From: a virus
Taxonomy: Duplodnaviria; Caudoviricetes
Reading direction: 5' to 3' (one strand)
DNA length: 64,000 nt
IMG/VR virus record: IMGVR_UViG_3300025723_000013
Shown here piece by piece: positions 24,622 through 33,881 of this stretch (the first letter of the stretch is position 1; each line of letters starts with the position of its first letter). The position numbers and the translations under genes were made by a program. The notes below the pieces were generated by a model, which worked only from the letters and a program-made list of their open reading frames with translations, ran no database searches and was not told the origin of the DNA.

Positions 24622-25257
24622 TTATTTCAAACCGCTAATTAATTTCAGCATCGCCTCTCGGAGATACTGCTGTTTTTTTGGATCTTCTTTGACTTCTTGC
24701 GCCGTCCTAATCGCTTTATAACCGCCTCGACTGTTCATCAAGTGTTCATAAACCGGAGTAGGATAAGCTCCTGGCGCCGAAGGTTGGGCAACAATATCAA
24801 CTGTTATGATTTCAAAATCGGCCACTTCGCCAGAGCGATCGTCAACGTTGCCGCTGCCTCTGCTGCTGACTCCAAGTTTCACTCCGCTTTCAAGCATCGT
24901 ACGAATCAAGTTGCCCATCGGAGTGGGAAGAATTTTCATCTTCCCATATCCATTAGGACCGTCCATCCACATGTCTGTAATCATGTGGCTAACACGGTCC
25001 AAATTTACTTTTAGGTCATCAGGATGATCAACTTCGCCTAGCACTGAATATCCATTTTGTATCTGATCATTTAGAGTTTTGACAGCATTGGTAATTTCGT
25101 TAACCGGATAAACCCGCTGATTAGCGTTACGAATACCACCTTGGATAGCTATACCTTTAAGATAAAGATTTTTGCTACCTCTCTCTTCAGACTCGTATAT
25201 TTCCACACGAGCTTGATCAAAACTGAGATTTTCTCTTAGATAGGCTAGTTGTTTCAT
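24622..25257 (-). CDS. gp21: Prohead core protease (T4 gp21-like)
   Basis: LKGIAIQGGIRNANQRVYP, LGEVDHP, LDRVSHMI, LGVSSRGSG and DIVAQPSAPGAY motifs. Confidence 0.95.
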   Translation of the reverse strand: MKQLAYLRENLSFDQARVEIYESEERGSKNLYLKGIAIQGGIRNANQRVYPVNEITNAVKTLNDQIQNGYSVLGEVDHPDDLKVNLDRVSHMITDMWMDGPNGYGKMKILPTPMGNLIRTMLESGVKLGVSSRGSGNVDDRSGEVADFEIITVDIVAQPSAPGAYPTPVYEHLMNSRGGYKAIRTAQEVKEDPKKQQYLREAMLKLISGLK

Positions 25258-25266
25258 CTCAATTCC

Positions 25267-26397
25267 TTAGCGCTTGGGCAGAACGTCTTTGTCATTGACG
25301 CTCATTTCCTTGTTAGTACGCTTGGCATTGTGTACATAGCCTTTGGTTTCTTTGCCATCAACGTTTTGATCAACTTTATCGGTAAATTTCTTACCGCTGT
25401 CCTTGACTAAACCGGCAGCTTTTCCACGTGGAGTAGTACCGTCCTGATCTAGATCTGCGCCGTTGTCGGTAGCAATGTTTCTTGGGCTAGCCTTTCCGCC
25501 ATCTGGACGACCTTTAAAATCAGTGTTGATAGCGCTCTTCTTAAAAACGCCGCCTTCTTCATTTGGACTTCCTGAAGAATAATTGCTTTGTTTTCCGCGG
25601 ACTAGTTCGCGATATTCGCGCACAAAAGACTCGTCAAAATCTTCCTCTTCTTCATCGTCCTCTTCTTCACTATCTTCTTCCTCTTCTTCATCGTCCTCTT
25701 CTTCTTCGCCGTGCATGTCGTTTAGAATCTTGCTCATTTCAGATTCTAGATTCTTGACCATATCTTTAAGATCTAGCACGTCATTGTGTAGTTCATCGTG
25801 TGCATCGCTGTCCATTTCATGTTCGTCGTCCATTTCATGTTCGTCGTCCATTTCTTCGCCGGCATCGTGCATGGCATCATGATCTTCTACAGAATCGAGA
25901 AATTCATCGGATTCGTCGCCGCCCAGTTCATGCTCTGAATCATTACCGATTTCAAACATGCTTTCTTCTTCATCCATCATGGACTCATCTTCCATTTCTT
26001 CGGGTAAGCGTCCTGTTGGTCCGCCCATGTCGTAGTGTTTTTTCAAGTGCTCGGGATATGGCTCGCCGCTGGCAGTGGTTCCGGTACGCATGGCTTTGTA
26101 TTCGTCACCGTATTTGGCTATTGCATCTGCACGTCTATTGGCCAATTTATCCTTGGATGGATTGGATCGACCGCCTTTCTCGGCGTCATCGTCATAGTGG
26201 TACATCTCATCCATTTCTTCCTCGTCATCTTCTTCACGAGCTTCATCCATTTCTTCGTCATCCATTTCTTCTTCGGCAATTAAATTTTCGTAGATCGATC
26301 TAGATTTTTCAACGATAATTTCATGAAACAGTTCATTGGCTTTGTCTGTTTCCTCGTTAACTAGATAATCTAATAGTTTTTCAAACTTTTTAGACAT
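25267..26397 (-). CDS. Highly acidic prohead-core/internal head protein (position of T4 gp67/68)
   Basis: D/E-rich low complexity (EEEDDEEEEE, MDDEHE repeats); lies between portal and protease; AGGAG RBS. Confidence 0.6.
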   Translation of the reverse strand: MSKKFEKLLDYLVNEETDKANELFHEIIVEKSRSIYENLIAEEEMDDEEMDEAREEDDEEEMDEMYHYDDDAEKGGRSNPSKDKLANRRADAIAKYGDEYKAMRTGTTASGEPYPEHLKKHYDMGGPTGRLPEEMEDESMMDEEESMFEIGNDSEHELGGDESDEFLDSVEDHDAMHDAGEEMDDEHEMDDEHEMDSDAHDELHNDVLDLKDMVKNLESEMSKILNDMHGEEEEDDEEEEEDSEEEDDEEEEDFDESFVREYRELVRGKQSNYSSGSPNEEGGVFKKSAINTDFKGRPDGGKASPRNIATDNGADLDQDGTTPRGKAAGLVKDSGKKFTDKVDQNVDGKETKGYVHNAKRTNKEMSVNDKDVLPKR

Positions 26398-26526
26398 TGC
26401 GGGTTCTCCTTTTTTAAATTTAACACTGGCAAGGCTGTCAGCTAATATTTACAACCATTGTAGAATACTTATACAAAATGGGTGAAAAACACGCCGTTTT
26501 AATCTGTGAGCAGGAAACAGTGGTTT

Positions 26527-26772
26527 TTAGATACCAGGAGCAGGTTCTTTAGGTAGTGAATACATTTTTTTAACCAATTGTGATTCTTCTTTTTGCTCTC
26601 TTTCGCGAGCATCGCCGGCCTTGCGTAGTTCATTCAACATGCCCAGTGTGAGTCGGCTTTTTCGTAGATCCGTGGACTTGATCACACTGCTGTCGTGTTT
26701 GGGTTCGTAACGACCTTTGTCCCGCATTTCGTTTTCTTCGGGATTGAAATAAATGAATTCTCTAAGTAGCAT
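26527..26772 (-). CDS. Hypothetical protein (81 aa)
   Basis: ORF directly after the portal, with a perfect TATAAATA at 26778-85. Confidence 0.65.
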   Translation of the reverse strand: MLLREFIYFNPEENEMRDKGRYEPKHDSSVIKSTDLRKSRLTLGMLNELRKAGDAREREQKEESQLVKKMYSLPKEPAPGI

Positions 26773-26777
26773 ACACT

Positions 26778-26785
26778 TATTTATA
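26778..26785 (-). promoter_or_regulatory. T4 late promoter TATAAATA (perfect)
   Basis: Plus tatttata; 6 nt upstream of ATG 26772. Confidence 0.7.
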
Positions 26786-26790
26786 AGTTT

Positions 26791-29772
26791 TTATGCCTTT
26801 GGAATGGGAGCGGCAGCTCCTCCGCCGGTAGGGGTTGGACTGGCAACTCCGGGCTGGCCCGGAGGTTCTTGACCTGTTTGCAGTGTTTCCGATCCTAGAT
26901 CACTTTGTCCCAAATTGCCTAGATCGCTGCTCAATCCTGCAGAAGTTACACCTACCGAACGCATCTCGGCCTGTGCATTTACATTGGCTGCAGACTCAAT
27001 ATTTTCTTCTCTCCACAGTTCTTCATTTTCAGCGATTTCTTCTGCTGTCAATCCCAAGAATCGTTTCAGGGTGAATCGTTTGCTGAGATAAGGCACTTCG
27101 GAAATGGCCTGATATGTGGATACCCTGGCTGTGTCCATTTCGGCTTGCCTGTGTGCGGCAAAATTTTGAGGAGGATTAAATCTTAAATCAAACAGATTTG
27201 GATCAATGTTCATGCCTTTGTTATAAAGGTATAACTTGAACTCTTCGTCAAATTTTTCATTGATCAAACTTTGCAGGCGTTCGCAATAGTTATTAAAACG
27301 CAGTTCTTGTATGTATGCTGTTCCAACTTTTCCATCAGTGAACGCTGCCTGGCTGTCATCTACCCCGGTAGGCAAATAGCTGCTGGGGATACGCAATGCA
27401 CGCATTAATTTTTGTGTAAAGAACAGCAAGTCACTGATTTCACCTAGATTGGTGCCGCCGGGCAATATCTCAACCTTAGATCCTCTGCCCTCGGCAGTTT
27501 GCGGAAAGAAATAGTCTTCATTTATGGAGTTTTTGACAAAAATTCCGCTTTCTATTGCAAATGTGTGGAAGTTGTGCCATTTTTCAGTACCGTCAATGGT
27601 TATTGTTCCGGTATCTCTATTTGAAACCGTTTCAATTTTTACAACTCTATGATTGAAATGGTGGATTTCTCGTACAAACGACTTCCAATTTTTATAACCA
27701 AATTTTTCAATCAATCTATCTAATTTACTATATCCAAACTTATCAAAGTCAATCTTGCATTGTGCGTTTTTATATTCTAATGTGTTGGAATTTTCCTTGC
27801 GCACCATATCTAATAGCGTTTGATCTTTATCGCATAAAGAAATTATTTCATTTTTATTCGCACATCCCAATTTAACTTTGTCTGCAATACGTTGCAACAT
27901 ATCAAATGTTAAGTTAAGTGATTGATTTTTGATCTTGATTCTGTTTTCTAAATTTTTATTCAGCTTATCTAGAAACTCCGGATGATTAGCAATATATTTT
28001 TTCCTAGATTCTGATGCATTCTTTTTATACGATGCTATTGTAGCGAGATCAGTCTGTCTCATTATCACTGATTTTTTCTGTGCGGCTCTGATATTCCACA
28101 AAGCATCTAACCGTTCTTGCTCAGTTAAATTAGCCCACCGCTGTTTAAGTGTCGTAGAAATTTTATCAGTCATTTCAAGTCTATATTCCTCGCTCATGGT
28201 TTCCCAAAATTCTTTTTTCTGAGAAGCATGATACAGAATATGATCCTCTTTGTTCATGTAGGTTAAATTTCTTGGATCGTTATTATATCTATTAGAATCT
28301 TTATGATGTATTACAGCTTTTGCTTTGTCTGCATTTTCTGGCAGATACGTGAATTCTTGATGTTTGTTAACACTTCTAAAGAATTCTCCAACGATCCTAT
28401 GTGTCCATTTCCACGATTTAGATGCATGATCCCAAACCTGTTGATAGGTATTTTTACTATTGGGCATTGCGGTCTGTTGGGTGTTGAACGCAATTAAACT
28501 GTCATCAATAGTTAAATCTTTTGCTTGAACAAAACCTTTTCCAAATACCGGAATTTTATGATCTGGAGTACATATTAGTTCTTTACCGTTATCAAAGGTC
28601 AATTTAATAACAGCCGTGTCTTTTCTTGTAACTCCTGCCCAATTAATCACGCCTGGAACAATTTCTCCAGTTTCTGGATTGCAACTGTATGCCCAATTTT
28701 CTTTTCCTGATTCAAATTCAGATATAAGTTCAGATAAGGTCAATGTTCTTCCATCTAACAAAGGAATTTTGGTATTCAAATCCAAACATAAAGGGTTATA
28801 ACTGGCATCAATCACGCTTTGTCCGCCGCCGGTAACACTAGGAATACGACGTTGATTGATTTCATTTTTAACACGTTCCACAAAGCTCATGGCCAAGTGA
28901 CTTGGCATGTTGCCTACGTCAATATAAAATACGCGGCGTTCCGGTGCACGCTGCACTCGATAGATAATGATGGCATCTTCTAATAATTCTTTTTGTTTGT
29001 AGACTTTGAAAATGGTTTCCATCAAGCTGTTGCCAAACGGAAAGTTATTATCCAGTCCTTCACTAAGGCTCAGATGCACCACATGTTTGGCATCAATGGC
29101 CCATTGATTCTGATTGATGGTAAATCTGCTGCCCATGCTTTGAGGATATGCGCCGACCATGCCTCTCTGTTGGGCTCCGCCGGTCACATAGGCTGTGCCT
29201 CCAGGAGTGCTGTTTTGATTGGTAGGAGTGATTTGTGTTACTGTTAAATTTTGAAAATTGATATTGACATCACGTATCACATACTGTTCAGGTTTCTTGC
29301 CTTCACTTTCATTAACAATCACTTTATCAATCTTGCTGGGATCTATGTAAAACCAAGCGTGTGTTTCGGGATCTCGAATAAAAAAGCAGTCACCGTACTT
29401 GAATGTGTTACGGATGATTTTAAAAATCCTATTGCTGAACTTGTTGAGTTTGGTCCACTGCTGCAGATACTTTTTGATAATTTTAATTTCAGTGGGTGTG
29501 GCTTGATCTTTGAAAAAGGCATAGAACGGAGTGCCATTTTCGTCGTTGAGCTGTGTGCAAAATTCTGCCAATATGTCAAATGCAGCATTGACTTCTGGAT
29601 CCATGTCCATGGTATCATACTGACTGTATCTTTCCAAACGATTAGGATGACCACTGTAAACATCTGGCAAATATGATGAATAATTGGTTCTCGCAGGACT
29701 AGTGCGTCCAGACTGACTCAATGGACTCATTGATCCTGAATTTACTGGGGTAAAATATCTTTTCCACGTCAT
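26791..29772 (-). CDS. gp20: Portal vertex protein (T4 gp20-like), intein-containing precursor (993 aa; 573 aa after splicing)
   Basis: MDMDPEVNAAFDI, LLEDAIIIYRVQRAPERRVFYIDVGNMP, SINEDYFFP...EILPGGTNLGEI...LRIPSS and QELRF are gp20 motifs. Confidence 0.95.
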   Translation of the reverse strand: MTWKRYFTPVNSGSMSPLSQSGRTSPARTNYSSYLPDVYSGHPNRLERYSQYDTMDMDPEVNAAFDILAEFCTQLNDENGTPFYAFFKDQATPTEIKIIKKYLQQWTKLNKFSNRIFKIIRNTFKYGDCFFIRDPETHAWFYIDPSKIDKVIVNESEGKKPEQYVIRDVNINFQNLTVTQITPTNQNSTPGGTAYVTGGAQQRGMVGAYPQSMGSRFTINQNQWAIDAKHVVHLSLSEGLDNNFPFGNSLMETIFKVYKQKELLEDAIIIYRVQRAPERRVFYIDVGNMPSHLAMSFVERVKNEINQRRIPSVTGGGQSVIDASYNPLCLDLNTKIPLLDGRTLTLSELISEFESGKENWAYSCNPETGEIVPGVINWAGVTRKDTAVIKLTFDNGKELICTPDHKIPVFGKGFVQAKDLTIDDSLIAFNTQQTAMPNSKNTYQQVWDHASKSWKWTHRIVGEFFRSVNKHQEFTYLPENADKAKAVIHHKDSNRYNNDPRNLTYMNKEDHILYHASQKKEFWETMSEEYRLEMTDKISTTLKQRWANLTEQERLDALWNIRAAQKKSVIMRQTDLATIASYKKNASESRKKYIANHPEFLDKLNKNLENRIKIKNQSLNLTFDMLQRIADKVKLGCANKNEIISLCDKDQTLLDMVRKENSNTLEYKNAQCKIDFDKFGYSKLDRLIEKFGYKNWKSFVREIHHFNHRVVKIETVSNRDTGTITIDGTEKWHNFHTFAIESGIFVKNSINEDYFFPQTAEGRGSKVEILPGGTNLGEISDLLFFTQKLMRALRIPSSYLPTGVDDSQAAFTDGKVGTAYIQELRFNNYCERLQSLINEKFDEEFKLYLYNKGMNIDPNLFDLRFNPPQNFAAHRQAEMDTARVSTYQAISEVPYLSKRFTLKRFLGLTAEEIAENEELWREENIESAANVNAQAEMRSVGVTSAGLSSDLGNLGQSDLGSETLQTGQEPPGQPGVASPTPTGGGAAAPIPKA
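27529..28788 (-). mobile_element. Intein (420 aa) with HNH homing-endonuclease domain in the portal
   Basis: Junctions YNPL|CLDLNTKIPLLDG and FHTFAIESGIFVKN|SINEDY (Cys1, terminal Asn, +1 Ser). Block B ICTPDHKI. Internal THRIV...VIHHKDSNRYNNDPRNL is an HNH motif. Removing it restores the gp20 motif NPL-SINEDY. Confidence 0.93.
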
Positions 29773-29778
29773 AATTTA

Positions 29779-32259
29779 TTAACTCGGGAATACATTTCTG
29801 TTCAAAGCCTTGGTTGCGCTGACATTTTGCTTGGCATGATCATTGGATTCTTTTATAACCCGTAACATCTCCATCATTGTGTTATTTAACTTTTTTACTT
29901 CGGTTCCAAGATTTATTTCTTCTTTGGCCGCAACTGGTGAACTATTGCTAGCAGTGGCAACAGTATCAGACTTTTCATTAGGGCCAAATGCCTTGGTGAC
30001 CAACGACACAAACCCTGAAACAATTGTTTGTCCCACGCCCGGCGAAGCTTCTTTGATCTTTTGCATACCAGCTGCTACCTGCGCTAGTTTTGCTGGATCT
30101 ACTTGATTGAGTTTCTGTAAACCCTCAGCCACAGTTCCATATCCTTTGCCCAACGCTATCAATCCCAAACTTAACGGAATGGCAGACAGCCCAAAAGCGC
30201 TCATTCCCGGAGCTGCCAGCAGCATACGACCATACGGAGCGTTGCTTATAAAATCCGCTAGATTCATGCCCAGAGCTCCTAATCCGTTTCCGCCGCCGCT
30301 TTTTTGTATAGATTGCAGCCCTGTACCCATGGCAACAAGTGCAAGGCCCAGCATCCCAAATGCCACGGACGTAAAAATTATTGCCGGAGCAACCGGAGCT
30401 GCGAGAGCAGCAGCAGCAGCAAGACCTGTCATGACTCCAATTCCTATAAAGGCCGAACCCCAATTAACTCCGCTAAATTCTTTAAAAGCATTGGCCGCTA
30501 CATATACCGCTGCCCCTAATCCTACGAGAGACGCTACTCCTAGCAATGCTCTAGGATCTCCTAGTTTTTTGAGACCTTCGGCCAATCCTCCCACGGCCTC
30601 TCCTGCACCTTTGCCAATTCCTCCAAGAACTGACCCAACTCCGCCAACTCCTTTTCCAACAATGGCTCCGCTGCCACCTACGGCTTCGCCTGCACCTCCT
30701 AAAACAGATGCACCAACTGATGCTATACCTGATACAGCACTTTTAAAAGCCATTCTGGCAATAACCGCTGAGATCGCTATTCCAAGCACTGTTATAAGTT
30801 TTCCAAATCCGCCAAACAGTCCATTAAGACTTGATACTAGAGATGATAAAAATGTCAATGTTTTTCCAAAGACACCAAGTATGCCTGTCACGATTGATAT
30901 AGGAAGAGAAAAACTATCAATCAAAGATGCTCCCAGTTCACGAAATCCTTTGTTAAGTTCGGCCATTTCAGATGCTTGGCTTGTTGCCCTAGCAGCTCTT
31001 TCGTCGGCTATTTTTTTATCTCTAGCAGCAAATGCCTCTTCGTTGTTTAGCCCAGCTTGTGTTTGTTTAGCCACAGTGAGTTGAGCCTGATCTATACCTT
31101 TTACAAATCCAAGCACAGCAGGTGAAACTTGGTTTAGGCCTTGTTGTGCCGCAAGTGAAATGTTGTTTTGCGCTTTTATGTACTCTTTTGATCCCACTGC
31201 ATATTTTGTCAGATTGGCATATGCCGAGGTCATTCCGGGAGCCAATGCTGAGAGCATTTGTCCTTCCTTGGTGATTACAGCACGACCTTGCGCCTGCGCC
31301 AAAGCCATATCTCTACCTGCGGTGCCGTACTGTTGTGTCATGTATTGCACATTTGCTAAAAATTTCTCTCGGATTTCCGGTGCCATTCTAGCAGCAGTTG
31401 TTTGTATTTCTGCATCCAATTGTTGTTTTTTCATTAATTCATTTTGTTCTTCACGGGATTTTCCTGTTACTTCTGCCAATCGATCCAGCTCTTCCAAGTA
31501 CTGTACTGCTCCTTCTCTCAATGCTTTATTGGTTTCAAGTTCCTTGGCGTTGCTGACTCCCGAAGCGGCCAAATACGTCAGCATGCCTTGATTGGCTTCT
31601 TGCGCGGTGTATCCCAAAGCCATTAAATCGTTACCAGCTTGACTGTTTAGTATTTGCGACGAAAATTTTGAAAATGCTATTACACCGCCATTGACGCTGC
31701 CTGTTATCTGTAAAAAAGCGGCACTGTTTGATTTTATCAAACTGCTAAATTGATCTATAGTTAGATAACTTTTTGCTGCTGCTGTTCTTAGATCGGTTAG
31801 GCTTCCAGCAAATGAAGCGCCTGCATTGCTTATCTGCTGATAAACTTCAAAGTTTTTTTCCTGCATGGCTGCTGCTTTGGCCAATCCCTGGAAAACCAAT
31901 CCCACCACTGTGGAATCATTTGCAAATGTTTTAAAAATACCGCTAGCAGACGAAGTGCCTTCAACTAAAGAATTTAAACTGGAATGAAATAACGTTTGTT
32001 TTTGTCGCAGATCTTCAGCGTTTTTTGATAATTTTTTGAATTCTTCAGATTGCTTGTTTGTTTTTGCTGATAGATCTTTTAGAGATTCTGCTGTTTCGCT
32101 AACATTTAGACCAGCGGCCTGCGCTAATTTTTTTAGGTCTTCTTTATTTTTTAGTCCAGCAGCTACTGTTGCCTGTAATAGTTTGTTTAAGGTGGCTTCT
32201 GTGGCGGCATTTTCTAAATTTACTTGTTGATCGCCTATTTGTCCGGTCACATTGCTCAT
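29779..32259 (-). CDS. Tail tape measure protein (826 aa)
   Basis: Long helical A/Q/L-rich N-terminal half and Gly/Ala-rich hydrophobic C-terminal half; sits next to a tail-assembly-chaperone gene. Confidence 0.8.
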   Translation of the reverse strand: MSNVTGQIGDQQVNLENAATEATLNKLLQATVAAGLKNKEDLKKLAQAAGLNVSETAESLKDLSAKTNKQSEEFKKLSKNAEDLRQKQTLFHSSLNSLVEGTSSASGIFKTFANDSTVVGLVFQGLAKAAAMQEKNFEVYQQISNAGASFAGSLTDLRTAAAKSYLTIDQFSSLIKSNSAAFLQITGSVNGGVIAFSKFSSQILNSQAGNDLMALGYTAQEANQGMLTYLAASGVSNAKELETNKALREGAVQYLEELDRLAEVTGKSREEQNELMKKQQLDAEIQTTAARMAPEIREKFLANVQYMTQQYGTAGRDMALAQAQGRAVITKEGQMLSALAPGMTSAYANLTKYAVGSKEYIKAQNNISLAAQQGLNQVSPAVLGFVKGIDQAQLTVAKQTQAGLNNEEAFAARDKKIADERAARATSQASEMAELNKGFRELGASLIDSFSLPISIVTGILGVFGKTLTFLSSLVSSLNGLFGGFGKLITVLGIAISAVIARMAFKSAVSGIASVGASVLGGAGEAVGGSGAIVGKGVGGVGSVLGGIGKGAGEAVGGLAEGLKKLGDPRALLGVASLVGLGAAVYVAANAFKEFSGVNWGSAFIGIGVMTGLAAAAALAAPVAPAIIFTSVAFGMLGLALVAMGTGLQSIQKSGGGNGLGALGMNLADFISNAPYGRMLLAAPGMSAFGLSAIPLSLGLIALGKGYGTVAEGLQKLNQVDPAKLAQVAAGMQKIKEASPGVGQTIVSGFVSLVTKAFGPNEKSDTVATASNSSPVAAKEEINLGTEVKKLNNTMMEMLRVIKESNDHAKQNVSATKALNRNVFPS

Positions 32260-32284
32260 TCGTAAAACCCCAATTAACTGTGTA

Positions 32285-32320
32285 GATAAATAATATCACG
32301 CTTGATCAAAGTTATTTATC
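32285..32320. promoter_or_regulatory. Two face-to-face late promoters forming an inverted repeat
   Basis: GATAAATAA (32285-93, + strand) and TTATTTATC (32312-20, reads GATAAATAA on the - strand) in the 73-nt gap between divergent genes. Confidence 0.65.
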
Positions 32321-32332
32321 GGAGTATAAAAT

Positions 32333-33202
32333 ATGCAAAATCCGCCCAAGATACAAACCAAAATAAATCCCTTGGCTGGTCTTATGAGACAGCCTAAAAT
32401 TTATGTGACCCTTCCTAGCAATGGAAAATATTGGCCAGAAGGCAGTTTGAACATCAGCAGCAGTGGCGAATATCCGGTATTCTCAATGACTGCCAAAGAT
32501 GAACTGACGCTAAAAACGCCTGATGCTTTGTTAAATGGACAGGCTGTAGTGGAAGTATTAGAAAGTTGTATTCCAAACATCATAGACGGATGGCAGGTGC
32601 CGCAGATTGATCTTGACGCATTGTTGATAGCCATCCGGATGGCCACTTACGGTAACACCATGGATAACAATGTCAAAATTGGCGACGAAGAAGCTGTATA
32701 CTCAGTGGATTTACGACTGCTGTTGGAGCAACTTAAATCTCAAATTTCCTGGGATGAACGCATTGAAGTCACTGATTCACTCATTATCTACGTTAGACCT
32801 CTAAACTATCGAGAACTATCCAAGGCCAGTATTGAATCCTTTGAAACACAGCGTATTCTAAATTTAGTCAACGACAAAGACATGGATGAAGATAAGAAAA
32901 TTGCAGTGTTTAAAAAAAGTTTTAACAAATTGACTGAAGTAACTTTGGGCATTGTGGCCAATTCAATTTACCGGATTGATACCAACAGCGGTTCTGTTAC
33001 CGATCAGGAATTCATAAAAGATTTTATAGCACAGTGCGATAGAGAAATTTTCAATGCAGTAAAAAATAGATTGGATGAACTGAAGGAAAAAAATAGCATC
33101 AAACCCATGCGCGTTCAGGCCACTGCAGAAATGATCGCAGCCGGGTCCGCAGAAGAAATAGAGGTGCCAATCATGTTTGATACTTCAAATTTTTTCGAAT
33201 AA
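32333..33202 (+). CDS. Tail assembly chaperone / baseplate hub assembly protein (T4 gp26-like) (289 aa)
   Basis: PKIYVTLPSNG...YPVFSMTAKDELTLKTPDALLNGQAVVEVLESCIP...IDLDALLIAIRMATYG, C-terminus EVPIMFDTSNFF. Adjacent to the tape measure. Confidence 0.7.
   Translation: MQNPPKIQTKINPLAGLMRQPKIYVTLPSNGKYWPEGSLNISSSGEYPVFSMTAKDELTLKTPDALLNGQAVVEVLESCIPNIIDGWQVPQIDLDALLIAIRMATYGNTMDNNVKIGDEEAVYSVDLRLLLEQLKSQISWDERIEVTDSLIIYVRPLNYRELSKASIESFETQRILNLVNDKDMDEDKKIAVFKKSFNKLTEVTLGIVANSIYRIDTNSGSVTDQEFIKDFIAQCDREIFNAVKNRLDELKEKNSIKPMRVQATAEMIAAGSAEEIEVPIMFDTSNFFE
33187..33196 (+). other. Programmed -1 ribosomal frameshift site (A_AAT_TTT overlapping T_TTT_TTC)
   Basis: Two overlapping X_XXY_YYZ heptamers in the correct phase, within four codons of the stop. 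The -1 frame is open from 33181 to 33426. Confidence 0.75.
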
Positions 33203-33426
33203 GGCTTTTGTTATTGAGCCTTGAAGAAATTGACCAGTTGGTTCAAGGCATGGATAGAGAAGCAAAAGCCTTAAGAGAGGAACTGTTTAGGATTTGCTGG
33301 TTCATGAGAGGCGGAGTCACCATAACAGAAGCCTACAGCCTTGATTATCAGGATAGAGAATCTATTGGCAAAATCATTGAAGGCAATCTAGAAACCACTA
33401 AAAGCAGTGGCCTACCATTCTTTTAA
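33193..33426 (+). CDS. Frameshift extension of the tail chaperone (GT-like; T4 gp51-like small domain)
   Basis: No ATG start near the 5' end, only TTG (first in-frame ATG lies 14 codons after TTG 33208), and in the -1 frame relative to 32333..33202. Reads ...LREELFRICWFMRGGVTITEAYSLDYQDRE. Confidence 0.65.
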   Translation, partial: FRIRLLLLSLEEIDQLVQGMDREAKALREELFRICWFMRGGVTITEAYSLDYQDRESIGKIIEGNLETTKSSGLPFF

Positions 33427-33881
33427 CTGTTTAAACGATTTACTAGGAATAAAATACGATCGAGAGATTCTTCAGTGTTTTTGGGCTGAGTGGGTCCTGG
33501 ACCTGAGGCCTTGATTACTCCCGGCGCAGCTGATGTAGCAGCATTTGATTTGGCGCCCAATGTGCCTGCTCCGCCTTGAGTGGGTGTTGATGTGGGAGTT
33601 TGCGGTTGAGCATTGGCTCCCGGAGTTGATCCGTTGCCGGTAACAGTCGCTCCGGCTCCGGCCGGATTTGGCGCCGCCGGTTTGACTACCGGAGCAGCAG
33701 CGGCCACTGGCAAGGCTATGCCCAATGATTTAAATGCGTCATTGATTTTGCCTGCATCCAACCCTGCTTTGTTTAGCATGTCAGAAATTTGAGAAATCTG
33801 ATTAGGATTCAAATTGGCCTCGGCTATAGGGCGGATCTTGTCAACTGCGGCTTCCACTATTGATCGTTTTTTCATAAACAT
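33423..33881 (-). CDS. Low-complexity Ala/Pro/Thr-rich protein, candidate internal head protein (152 aa)
   Basis: TGATG coupling to the upstream gene; C-terminus EESLDRILFLVNRLNS. Confidence 0.65.
   Translation of the reverse strand: MFMKKRSIVEAAVDKIRPIAEANLNPNQISQISDMLNKAGLDAGKINDAFKSLGIALPVAAAAPVVKPAAPNPAGAGATVTGNGSTPGANAQPQTPTSTPTQGGAGTLGAKSNAATSAAPGVIKASGPGPTQPKNTEESLDRILFLVNRLNS

Noticed and set aside
25563-26303. Plus-strand Ser- or Arg/His-rich ORFs opposite the acidic protein
   Set aside because: They are antisense shadows of GAA/GAT-rich codons.
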